In this document: positions 23,817-32,549 of the stretch, in pieces
Layout of the letters: each line of letters opens with the position of its first letter
Numbering within the stretch: the stretch's first letter is position 1
Made by a program: the position numbers and the translations under genes
NCBI GenBank assembly: GCA_020249265.1
Contig: JADCGA010000008.1
Coordinates: 57,004 to 121,003, forward strand
Direction: 5' to 3'
Origin: Roseomonas sp.
GTDB lineage: Bacteria > Pseudomonadota > Alphaproteobacteria > Acetobacterales > Acetobacteraceae
Length of the DNA stretch: 64,000 nucleotides
Notes under the pieces: generated by a model
What the model saw: only the letters and a program-made list of their open reading frames with translations
What the model was told of the DNA's origin: nothing
The model's database searches: none

Positions 23817-25511
23817 ATGGGATTCGCCGATTTCGCGCATTTTCTGGAAAAACATCCCGATCTCACGGTGTTTCTGGTGGTCGGCCTTGGCTATTTCATC
23901 GGCCAATTTAAATATCGCGGCTTCGGCTTGGGGCCGGTAACGGGCGCGCTTTTCGCAGGCTTGCTGATTGGCCAATTCGCGGAAGTGCCAGTTTCAGAGG
24001 TTGCGCGCTCCATCCTGTTTCTGCTGTTTCTATTCGGCATTGGTTATTCGGTTGGGCCGAAATTCTTGAGTGCCGTGAAGGGCGAAGGGCTGCCTGGCAT
24101 TGCCATTGGCATCATCGTGCCATTGACTGCCATCGCAACGGCAGTGATTGCGGCGCGTATTCTGGGGCTTGATGCCGGCTTCGCTGCTGGGCTTTTTTCC
24201 GGCGCCACCACGGAGTCACCAGCCATTGGTACGGCGGCCGAAGCGATCCGCGCGCTGCCACTGCCGAAAGAACAGCGCGATCAAATGATCAGCCATATCG
24301 CGGTTGCGGATGCGCTTTGCTATCTGTTTGGTGCACTCGGCGTGATTTTGATGACAACTGTCATCGGGCCGGCAATTCTACGCATTGATGTGGTGGCGGA
24401 AGCACGCAAGCTTGAAGAGAAATACGGCTTTACCCACAAGCGCGCCGGCATAGCATCTGCCTGGCGGCCCGTTGAAATCCGCGCCTATGCGATTGCGCCC
24501 GATGCAGCGCTGATCGGCCAGAGCGTGGCGGCGGTTGAAGCAGAGGCTTCGGGACAGCGCGTATTCATCGAACGCATTCGCCGTGGCGAAGCGCTTTTGG
24601 ATCCGCGTCCGGACTTGGAGTTGCAGGATGGTGACATCATCGCGCTGGAAGCGCGGCGTGAGGTTTTGATCGACATTTTCGGCACCGACCTGCGCGAAGT
24701 TGAAGATCAGCAATTGCTCGATATAGCGGCACTTTCGCTGGATGTTTATGTCGCAAGCAAGGAAGTCATCGGGCGCAGTATCGTCGAGCTTGGCGATGCG
24801 CCTGCAGCGCGCGGCGTTTTCCTGCGCCAAATCATGCGAAGCGGGCTTGAAGTGCCGATCACCCCTGAAACTAGGCTGGAACGCGGCGATATCATTACCC
24901 TGATCGGAACTGAGAAGAATGTGGAAGCCGCCGCGGCGCTGGCGGGTGCCGCCATCCGCCCGACGGATTCAACCGATTACGTAACGCTTGGGATTGCGAT
25001 TTTCCTGGGCGGGCTGATTGGCACAATTGCGGGCTTTGATATTGGCGGAGCACATATCGCGCTTTCGACCAGCGTGGGTACGCTGATGGCAGGGCTTTTC
25101 ATTGGCTGGCTACGTTCCCATCGGCCGCAATTCGCGCGCATTCCCGATGCGGCGATTTCGCTCATGACATCGCTTGGCTTGGCTGGTTTTGTTGGCATGA
25201 TCGGCCTGCATGCAGGCCCTGTATTTGTGGATGCGGTGCGCGAAGTGGGCTTTGGCCTGCTGATTGCCGGGGTTTTCGTGACCCTGGTGCCGCAATTCCT
25301 GGGGCTTTTCATCGGGCGCTATGTGCTGCGCATGAACCCGCTTTTGCTGCTGGGCGCGCTTTCCGGCGCGCAAACCATGACAGCGGCTTTGGCCGCATTG
25401 CAGGAAAAATCAGGCAGCCCGATTGCGGTGCTGGGCTATACGGCTGCGGTGCCTTTTGGGCATATATTGCTGACCTCGGGCGGGACGGTTATGGTTTGGT
25501 TGATGAGTTGA
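23817..25511 (+). CDS. Aspartate:alanine exchanger family transporter (AspT/YidE, two TrkA_C domains)
   Basis: LFLFGIGYSVGPKF, GATTESPAIG duplicated N/C membrane domains, GAQTMTAAL. Confidence 0.85.
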   Translation: MGFADFAHFLEKHPDLTVFLVVGLGYFIGQFKYRGFGLGPVTGALFAGLLIGQFAEVPVSEVARSILFLLFLFGIGYSVGPKFLSAVKGEGLPGIAIGIIVPLTAIATAVIAARILGLDAGFAAGLFSGATTESPAIGTAAEAIRALPLPKEQRDQMISHIAVADALCYLFGALGVILMTTVIGPAILRIDVVAEARKLEEKYGFTHKRAGIASAWRPVEIRAYAIAPDAALIGQSVAAVEAEASGQRVFIERIRRGEALLDPRPDLELQDGDIIALEARREVLIDIFGTDLREVEDQQLLDIAALSLDVYVASKEVIGRSIVELGDAPAARGVFLRQIMRSGLEVPITPETRLERGDIITLIGTEKNVEAAAALAGAAIRPTDSTDYVTLGIAIFLGGLIGTIAGFDIGGAHIALSTSVGTLMAGLFIGWLRSHRPQFARIPDAAISLMTSLGLAGFVGMIGLHAGPVFVDAVREVGFGLLIAGVFVTLVPQFLGLFIGRYVLRMNPLLLLGALSGAQTMTAALAALQEKSGSPIAVLGYTAAVPFGHILLTSGGTVMVWLMS

Positions 25512-25665
25512 GGGGGGGGTTACGACAGAGGTCAACATGGTTCTTTTTTAGGCGCCAGCCAGAGAAAGTCTTTTCATTATACGTTAAAGAATGTTACGAG
25601 CGAAAGCGTTTCAAATGCTGTTTTCAGTAGGTTAAAGTTTCAAAGTAAACTGGGAGGTTCTCGGT

Positions 25666-26745
25666 ATGGATGTTATCGAAGTCACAGGTCTTGCTGATTG
25701 GATAGGGCAATGGGTGCTCCCGACCATGGCGCCTTATGAACAACTCGTCGTTGCCCTGGAACAAAATGCAAACAACACGAGCAAGGTTCCGCTTCGCGAT
25801 TTGATGGAAGAATTGCGCATTTGGCTCAACGCAATGCCTGTTGAGCATTTGACCAAGCAACAGGCCGATCTCCTAGGAAAAATTGGAATTTACGAACTGC
25901 TCGGTAAGCCCGGCTGGCGCTTCATAGAAAAAACCGTAAAAGAAGGGAACTATGATCCTGCGACTACAGCTCAAGATAGCCGGCGGGCGAAGCAGGAACT
26001 CGATAAGCTTATCGTGCTTTTCGAACGAGTCAGGGCGTCGCTCAAAGATGTAATGATTGAGGGCGAGCCAATTTCTCAGAGTTCGGAGAAACTTGTCATT
26101 TTCCGAGTTCAGTTTGCGGGCGATGCGAGTATTAAAGATGTTGCGGACTTCAAGGAATCTGCTGCTGAATGGTATGATATAGCGAGAGGTATCACCCTGG
26201 CAGTATCTGCAAAGCCAGAGGATGTAGAGATTATTGGAGCCTCAACCGGCTCCATAATCGTTACTCTTCGAACAGCCCTCGCCGTTGCCATGCTGTTAGC
26301 TCTCATCATGAAGGAAGCAGCTGAAATTGTGAAAACGGGATACGAAATCGCGAAGTTGATCGAGGAGTGGAGTCCGAGGCAAATACTAAACAAAGACCTC
26401 GAGGAAGGAATCAAGAGTAGACAGCGGGAACTACACGAACACGGACCACAAGAAATCCTCAAAAAGATTAAGGAAATGCCGCCTTATGGCGGCATGTCAT
26501 CTGAAAATGAGGCAATACTAAAGAAATCAATTCAGAAATTTATTGAATTTTCAAGGAGGGGCGGCGATGTAGACATGATTCCTCCGCCTGCACCTATGAC
26601 TCCAGATGATGCCGACAAGGCAACAACAGAAGAATTAAGATCAACGATCAATGAAATCACGGAACAAGTGAGGCAAACACGCTTGATCAAGTCCGACACT
26701 CAAAGGCTGATTGAAAGTTCAAAAACTGATGGGGATATAGGCTGA
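25666..26745 (+). CDS. Hypothetical protein (359 aa), low-GC islet
   Basis: Long ORF with GGAGG RBS; GC about 40-50% in sampled lines; AT-rich flanks. Confidence 0.85.
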   Translation: MDVIEVTGLADWIGQWVLPTMAPYEQLVVALEQNANNTSKVPLRDLMEELRIWLNAMPVEHLTKQQADLLGKIGIYELLGKPGWRFIEKTVKEGNYDPATTAQDSRRAKQELDKLIVLFERVRASLKDVMIEGEPISQSSEKLVIFRVQFAGDASIKDVADFKESAAEWYDIARGITLAVSAKPEDVEIIGASTGSIIVTLRTALAVAMLLALIMKEAAEIVKTGYEIAKLIEEWSPRQILNKDLEEGIKSRQRELHEHGPQEILKKIKEMPPYGGMSSENEAILKKSIQKFIEFSRRGGDVDMIPPPAPMTPDDADKATTEELRSTINEITEQVRQTRLIKSDTQRLIESSKTDGDIG

Positions 26746-26875
26746 ACTCTAGGAGCGTCACCGTACCCGTGGGAAAACATCGAATTATATACAGGTTGAA
26801 TAGTTGACAAACAGAATTAACGACCTGTTTTCCTTTCGCCGGGTTTTTTTGCTCAAAAAAACAAGAAATTCTTCC

Positions 26876-27457
26876 TCACACCCGCGGCACCGCCACCCCA
26901 ACCAACGCATCCCGCGTCACAATTCCCGCCAACTTCTCCGCACTCCACCCCTCCGTCCCAGCGGGCCGCATCGGCAGCACCATCCAGCGATAATCCGCCG
27001 TGCTATCCACCACGCGGATTTCCACATCATCGGGGATTTGCGTGCCCCATTCCGCCAGCACCGCGCGGGGTTCGCGCACGGCGCGTGACCGATAGGCGAA
27101 GGATTTGTACCAGCCGGGCGGGTAGCCCAACAGCGCGCGCGGGTAACAGGAACAGAGCGTACAGACCACCAAATGATGCTGCTTTGGCGTATTTTCCAAA
27201 ACACCAAGTTCCGGGGCGCCGGCCACGGAAGCACCCGCCGCCTCAGCCGCGGCCTTACCGTCACGCATCAGCAGCGCGTAGTAATCAGGATCGGTCCAGG
27301 CGCGGGCCACCATGCGCGCTCCGATCTCGGGGCTCGCACGATCCGTGATCGCCTGGCGTTCGGCGATTTCAGCCTCAGTCACCAGCCCTTTGGCGGAGAG
27401 TGCGGCAACCAGCTTGTCGAGCAGCGCGAGGTTTACGCCAGAGGGGGGCGCGGCCAT
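26876..27457 (-). CDS. Nitrile hydratase alpha / thiocyanate hydrolase gamma-type metal-binding subunit
   Basis: GARMVARAWTDP, VCTLCSCYPR cobalt-type motif, WYKSFAYRSRAVREPR, VTRDALVGV. Confidence 0.92.
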   Translation of the reverse strand: MAAPPSGVNLALLDKLVAALSAKGLVTEAEIAERQAITDRASPEIGARMVARAWTDPDYYALLMRDGKAAAEAAGASVAGAPELGVLENTPKQHHLVVCTLCSCYPRALLGYPPGWYKSFAYRSRAVREPRAVLAEWGTQIPDDVEIRVVDSTADYRWMVLPMRPAGTEGWSAEKLAGIVTRDALVGVAVPRV

Positions 27458-27458
27458 G

Positions 27459-27752
27459 TCAGGCTTCCTCCAACCAATGTTCGAAGATTTCCACCATCAC
27501 CGTATCGCCGGCCTTACCCTCATTCCAAATGGGCGGCTGTTCGAACAGCACATGGTAAAGCTGCCGGCGCGGCGCCGGGCGGGCGAAGGCCAGGTCTTCC
27601 GGGTTGGGGAAGGCGCCCAGCGGGCGCACCACCTGGCCCAGCCGCCCGCGCACGTAATGGGGCGTGCGGATATGGCAGGGGCCACGGGTTTCGGGCCAAT
27701 CATCCTTCACGCGCACTTGCGCGCCAGGGGCGAAGCGTGGCGCGGTGTTCAT
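27459..27752 (-). CDS. Nitrile hydratase beta C-terminal (SH3-like) half, thiocyanate hydrolase alpha-type subunit
   Basis: FAPGAQVRV, HIRTPHYVRGRLG, LYHVLF...W, VEIFEHWLE. Confidence 0.88.
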   Translation of the reverse strand: MNTAPRFAPGAQVRVKDDWPETRGPCHIRTPHYVRGRLGQVVRPLGAFPNPEDLAFARPAPRRQLYHVLFEQPPIWNEGKAGDTVMVEIFEHWLEEA

Positions 27753-28042
27753 GCCAAATCCTCCTGCCGGATCACGCCTTTTTCGACCATGAGCGTCGCG
27801 ATGGAACGTAGCCAGCGTTCGTAATAGCCAAGCGCGAAATATTCATCCTGTGGGATGCTTTCGATGCCACGGCGAAGCTCATCCACCGTCATCATCTTCT
27901 TCTGCGCCAGGATTTGCCGAATGGCATCCACCTTCTTGCCGAAGGCATCGGGCGGAGCCTCATCATGCTCAACTGGGGTGCAGCGGAAGCGCGCAATCCC
28001 GCCTATGTCGTGCAGCGCGCGGTTGGGTGATTCCTCGGTCAT
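27749..28042 (-). CDS. Nitrile hydratase beta N-terminal half, thiocyanate hydrolase beta-type subunit
   Basis: HDIGG, VDELRRGIE, YYERWL, LMVEKGVI; ATGA overlap with the next gene. Confidence 0.88.
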   Translation of the reverse strand: MTEESPNRALHDIGGIARFRCTPVEHDEAPPDAFGKKVDAIRQILAQKKMMTVDELRRGIESIPQDEYFALGYYERWLRSIATLMVEKGVIRQEDLA

Positions 28043-28084
28043 GGCGCAAGCTTAATCTGGAAAAGCCAGGGCGCGAAAGGGGCG

Positions 28085-28981
28085 TTATTTCACTTCCTCG
28101 GTCGGCCCCACGCCCCAGATATCGGCGCGCTTGATATAGCCCCGGAATTCGCCGATTTGCGCCTCACACCAGGGGCTATTGGCCTCACAGGCACGCAGCC
28201 GCCCCACCACGCCGGGGCGCAGCCGCGCGACGGGCTGCGCCTGATCCTCTGCCCGGCGGCGGAGCATGACCTCAGTGCCGGGCGCGCCACGCACCACAAA
28301 GGAACGCCGGCCCATCAGCGTTGATTGATGCACCCAGCCTTCCGTGCCTTCCGGGTCGCGGATGCGGCGCCAGAGTTCGAATTCGCGCACGATTTCCACC
28401 GGTAGTTCGCGGCGCTGATAGGTCCATTCAATGGGGAAGCGCGTGCCCGGGCCGCTGCGCATATTCACCTCATCCGAACGCAGCGCGGCAAAACGCGGCA
28501 GCGGCAGGCCCGAGATGGACCCGATGGTAGGGGCGCGTTCCGCTGGCGGGGGGGGCGCGGGCGTGGGCTCGGCTGGTTTGGCAGCGCCGGCGGTGACGGC
28601 GGCGCCCGCAGCGGCGCCGGCCGCAACACCCGCGGCAGCGCCGGCGGCGGCGCGATTGCCCTGGCCCGCTTGTGGCTGACCGGCGGGGCGTTGTTGCTGC
28701 CCTGCCTGACGCTGCTGTTGCCCAGGCGGGCGCTGCTGTTGTTGCGCAGCCGGCGGACGCTGCTGCCCCTCCGCATTGCGTTGCGTCGCCTGGGGTCTCG
28801 GCGGCGGATTGACCACCGGCGGGCGCGGTTCTGGCCGTTGCTGCGCGGCAGGCGCAGGCGCGGCGGGTGCGGCCTGGCGCGGCGGCGGCACATTCTGCGC
28901 GCCCCCCAGGCTTGATTGGCCAAAGGCCGGCGCGGCCAGCAGCAGTGCGCTCAGAAACGGCAAAAGGCGGTGAGGATGCAT
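28085..28981 (-). CDS. Exported protein with tandem bacterial SH3 domains and a Pro/Gln/Ala low-complexity linker
   Basis: Signal peptide; LPLPRFAALRSDEVNMRSGPG...WRRIRDPEGTEGWVHQS; second SH3 ending WCEAQ...RGY. Confidence 0.88.
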   Translation of the reverse strand: MHPHRLLPFLSALLLAAPAFGQSSLGGAQNVPPPRQAAPAAPAPAAQQRPEPRPPVVNPPPRPQATQRNAEGQQRPPAAQQQQRPPGQQQRQAGQQQRPAGQPQAGQGNRAAAGAAAGVAAGAAAGAAVTAGAAKPAEPTPAPPPPAERAPTIGSISGLPLPRFAALRSDEVNMRSGPGTRFPIEWTYQRRELPVEIVREFELWRRIRDPEGTEGWVHQSTLMGRRSFVVRGAPGTEVMLRRRAEDQAQPVARLRPGVVGRLRACEANSPWCEAQIGEFRGYIKRADIWGVGPTEEVK

Positions 28982-29039
28982 AGTAACATTTCTTCCGCCC
29001 CTGAGGGCCAAGGTCAAGCATTACTTGTGACCAAGCGCC

Positions 29040-30551
29040 TCAAACCCTGGAACTTGGCCGGTAGAAGAGTTCATGCCGGGAAGGATCAATGTATTCGGCA
29101 TAGAATCGCTTGGCATGGGGCAGCAGCGCCTTGGAAAGCTGGCGCCGTTCCACCTCATCATCCGCCAAAGCGCGGGACAGATCATCATGCAAAGCCTTCA
29201 GCACTGAGTCGCGGTCCACCCGCGTGAAGCGGCCTTCCTGATAAATCACTTCGCCATCACACATCACTGCGCGCACGGCGCTGGCCTTGGCGCGCTGCAC
29301 CACCGCATCCAGGGTAGGGGTGAGTTCATCCAGATAGGGATAGGCGATGCTGTCCCAATCAATGAGCGACAAATCCGCCCCCTTGCCCACTTCCAGCGTG
29401 CCGAGGCTATCGCGCCAGGAAGTGGTGCGCGCACCGCCAACCGTTGCCATGCGCAGCACCTGGCCCATGCCGGGCACGTCATCATCGCCCATGCCTGGCA
29501 CGCGATGGGCGCGCAGCACCAGGCGCAATTCCTGGAGCATGTCGCGGTCATCATTGATGCCGGCCTCATCCAGCCCAATCGCCGTATTGATGCCCTTGGC
29601 TTCGAAGCGATTGAGCGACGCCACACCGGAACGCAGTCGGAAATTGGAAGAACAATTATGGCAAATGCAGGTGCCGGTTTCGGCGAGGCGATCAATATCC
29701 TTCTCATTCAGCCAGACACCATGGCCGAGGGTCATATTCGGCCCCAGCAAGCCGAAGCGATCAAGATATTCCACCGCCGTGCCGCCGCCGCGGCGGCGCG
29801 CATATTCCTTCTGATAGGCGGTTTCCACCAGATGCATATGGATCGGCGCATCATGACTGCGTGAAAGCTCCGCCATCGCCGCCAAAGCCTTATCGGAACA
29901 CCAATGCAGATTGGCCGGCGCCAATTGCACGCGCACGCGGCGCTTGGGGTTGTGGGTGCCGTGAAGGCTACGGAACAGGTCCAGATTATCTTCCAGCGTC
30001 AATTGAAAGCGGTCAAACCAGCGCTGCATCGGCCCGCGCAATTCAGGCGGCAGGCTGGCCACGAAATCCTGATCCGCCTGATAGACCAGTCGGTTCTGAT
30101 CACGCAGCGCGAAGCAATAGGAAACGCGCATGCCAATTTCTTCATACGCGCGGATCACCTCGCCCGCGCGTTTTTCCACATCGGGCAGCCTGCCCGGCGC
30201 CCAGCCATGCAAATGCTGCACGGTGGTGATGCCAGACCCGATCATCTCAAAGGCGGAATAGAGCGTATCGAGATAGGGGTTCACATTGCGCGCGGCCATG
30301 CGCGTGACGAACCAAAGCTCCAGCGGCATATGGGGTGAGCCCAATTGCACCGGCATCAGCCCGACATGGTGATGCGCATTGACAAAGCATGGCAGCATGA
30401 CCTCGCGCCCAGACACCACCACCGGCACATGCGGGTGCTTGCGGCGCAGAACTCCATAGGTACCGATCTCGGCGATGATGCCATCTTCCTGGATCAGCGC
30501 GCCATCGGCGTTTTCCTCCCAGACGGTGGCCGAGAGGGTTTTGGTGATCAC
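29040..30551 (-). CDS. Metal-dependent amidohydrolase (AtzA/TrzA/deaminase-like)
   Basis: PCFVNAHHH, HMHLVET, HGVW, HNCSSN..LRSG, GLD, GTLEVGKGAD; GTG start uncertain. Confidence 0.85.
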   Translation of the reverse strand: MITKTLSATVWEENADGALIQEDGIIAEIGTYGVLRRKHPHVPVVVSGREVMLPCFVNAHHHVGLMPVQLGSPHMPLELWFVTRMAARNVNPYLDTLYSAFEMIGSGITTVQHLHGWAPGRLPDVEKRAGEVIRAYEEIGMRVSYCFALRDQNRLVYQADQDFVASLPPELRGPMQRWFDRFQLTLEDNLDLFRSLHGTHNPKRRVRVQLAPANLHWCSDKALAAMAELSRSHDAPIHMHLVETAYQKEYARRRGGGTAVEYLDRFGLLGPNMTLGHGVWLNEKDIDRLAETGTCICHNCSSNFRLRSGVASLNRFEAKGINTAIGLDEAGINDDRDMLQELRLVLRAHRVPGMGDDDVPGMGQVLRMATVGGARTTSWRDSLGTLEVGKGADLSLIDWDSIAYPYLDELTPTLDAVVQRAKASAVRAVMCDGEVIYQEGRFTRVDRDSVLKALHDDLSRALADDEVERRQLSKALLPHAKRFYAEYIDPSRHELFYRPSSRV

Positions 30552-30640
30552 GGCGCGGATTGCGCGCCCTCATTGCAAGGGGTCTGGACGGGGCCGCGCG
30601 AAGCGCAGATGCTTCACGCCAAAGCACTTCGGAGGAACAC

Positions 30641-31444
30641 ATGCTCAGTCTCAAAGGCAAGGTCGCCATCGTCACCGGTGCGGGTTCGGTCGGCCCCGGT
30701 TGGGGGAATGGCAAGGCGACAGCCGTGCTGCTCGCGCGCCAGGGGGCCAAGGTGTTTGGCCTGGATAACAACGCGGCCGCGGTTGAGGAGACCATCGGCA
30801 TCATCAAATCCGAAGGCGGGGAAGCCAGCTCGCATATTTGCGATGTGCTTGATTCCGAGAGCTTCCAGGCGGCGGTGGAAGCCTGCGTTGCACGCTCTGG
30901 CCAGTTGGACATCATGGTCAATAATGTCGGCGGCTCACACCCCGGCGGCGCGGAATCCATGCCAGAGGAAGTCTGGGATCGCCAGGTGGATTTCAACCTG
31001 AAATCCGCTTTCCTGGGCTGCAAATTTGCATTGCCACATTTGAAGAAGCGGCCGGGGAGTGCGATTGTGAATATCTCCTCCATCGCCGGTTATCGCATGC
31101 AGGCGGCGCGGCCGCATGTGGCCTATAGCGCGACCAAATACGGCATTGTGGCCTTGTCCAAATCAGTCGCCATCGAAAACGCCAAGGCGGGTGTGCGCTG
31201 CAACACTGTGGTGCCGGGGCTGATGCATACACCACTCGTAGAACATCGGCTCGTCAGGCAATTGGGCGGCAATGACGCCGCCGCGCTGATCGCCAAGCGC
31301 GATGCGCAAGTGCCTCTCGGCAAGATGGGCGAGGGCTGGGATATCGCCCATGCGGTGCTGTTCCTGGTTTCCAATGAGGCGAAGCACATCACGGGCACGG
31401 AATTGATCGTGGATGGCGGCGTCACCGCTGCCGGCGCCCTATAA
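30641..31444 (+). CDS. Short-chain dehydrogenase/reductase
   Basis: TGAGS...GNG, NNVG, NISSI, YSATK; GGAGG RBS. Confidence 0.92.
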   Translation: MLSLKGKVAIVTGAGSVGPGWGNGKATAVLLARQGAKVFGLDNNAAAVEETIGIIKSEGGEASSHICDVLDSESFQAAVEACVARSGQLDIMVNNVGGSHPGGAESMPEEVWDRQVDFNLKSAFLGCKFALPHLKKRPGSAIVNISSIAGYRMQAARPHVAYSATKYGIVALSKSVAIENAKAGVRCNTVVPGLMHTPLVEHRLVRQLGGNDAAALIAKRDAQVPLGKMGEGWDIAHAVLFLVSNEAKHITGTELIVDGGVTAAGAL

Positions 31445-31467
31445 AAAAAGAACAGGAGCAAATCGCG

Positions 31468-32451
31468 ATGACGCAAACCCTTTCCCGCCGCGCATTGACC
31501 GGCACGGCGCTTGGCCTGCTCGGCGCCCCGGCGCTGGTGCGCGCTCAGGACACCTTCCCCAATCGGCCGATCACGCTGGTGGTGCCCGCCCCCGCCGGCG
31601 GTGGCACGGATTTCAGCGCCAGACTGATTGCGGATCAATTGGGCCGCGCCTTGGGTGGTTCCATGGTGGTGGAAAACCGCCCCGGCGGGAATGATGTGGT
31701 GGGGCTGACTTCCGTGCTGCAAGCGCGGCCTGATGGCCATACGCTGCTCTGTGGCTATTGCGGCACCATGACCGGGCGGGTCGCGGTTGGCACGCTGGGC
31801 AATATCCTGCCGGCACGCGACTTCATCCCAATCGGTCAGATCACCGATACGCCGCAGCTTTTCGTGACGCACCCTTCGGTGCCGGCTACTACCATGCGTG
31901 AATTCATGGCCTACGCCAAACAAAGGCCGGGCGATCTAACTTATGCCTCGGCGGGCGTTGGGTCCATGCATCATCTGGGCGCGGAATTGCTCAAGCTGCG
32001 CGCGGGCATTGACATGCTGCATGTGCCCTATCGCGGCACGGGCGAAACCATTCGCGACCTGATCGCGGGGCGCGTGCATTTCTACATGAATTCCCCGCCA
32101 CCACTCACGCCGCTGGTCGCGGATGGCAGGCTGCGCGCGCTTTGCGTCAGTTCCAATGAACGTCATCCCGGCATGCCGCATATTCCGTCAGCCAAGGAAG
32201 AAGGCTTGGCGGATCTGGACCTCAATGTCTGGTTCAGCCTTTTCGCCCCGCGCGGCACGCCGGAACCCGTGGCGCGGCTGCTGGCGCAGAAATTGAACGA
32301 AGTGTTGGCTGATCCCGCCATCCGCAAACGCGCCTTTGTTGCCGGGGCGCTGGTGGTGCCTTCCTCGCCGGAAGCGCTCGCGGCCCGCATGGAACGCGAA
32401 ACCGCCGCCTGGGTCGAGGTTGTGCGGGCAGCCAGGATCACCGCTGGTTAA
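31468..32451 (+). CDS. Bug/TctC substrate-binding protein
   Basis: FPNRPITLVVPAPAGGGTD, VENRPGG, HVPYRG. Confidence 0.92.
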   Translation: MTQTLSRRALTGTALGLLGAPALVRAQDTFPNRPITLVVPAPAGGGTDFSARLIADQLGRALGGSMVVENRPGGNDVVGLTSVLQARPDGHTLLCGYCGTMTGRVAVGTLGNILPARDFIPIGQITDTPQLFVTHPSVPATTMREFMAYAKQRPGDLTYASAGVGSMHHLGAELLKLRAGIDMLHVPYRGTGETIRDLIAGRVHFYMNSPPPLTPLVADGRLRALCVSSNERHPGMPHIPSAKEEGLADLDLNVWFSLFAPRGTPEPVARLLAQKLNEVLADPAIRKRAFVAGALVVPSSPEALAARMERETAAWVEVVRAARITAG

Positions 32452-32513
32452 CCCTTCGGGCGCAGGCGATGGCGCGCTTCACGGTAACTTAACCGGGTCA
32501 GGCGAAAATGCCT

Positions 32514-32540
32514 TCAGGCGATCCACCCGGGATCGCCTGA
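32514..32540. promoter_or_regulatory. Perfect 11-bp hairpin just upstream of the 32550 ORF
   Basis: TCAGGCGATCC-ACCCG-GGATCGCCTGA, ending 9 nt before the ATG; could be a terminator for the Bug gene or a translational control element. Confidence 0.4.
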
Positions 32541-32549
32541 TGGTGGTCC

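Noticed and set aside
20806-23975. Long alternative-frame ORFs over phoR, lppC and rsmI
   Set aside because: Overlap well-supported genes; Arg/Ala/Pro-rich composition typical of GC shadow frames
28548-28555. G8 tract in the SH3 gene (also G8 at 25512-25519) as a phase-variation switch
   Set aside because: The first simply encodes a Pro run in an intact frame and the second is intergenic; eight bases is short and there is no evidence of slippage
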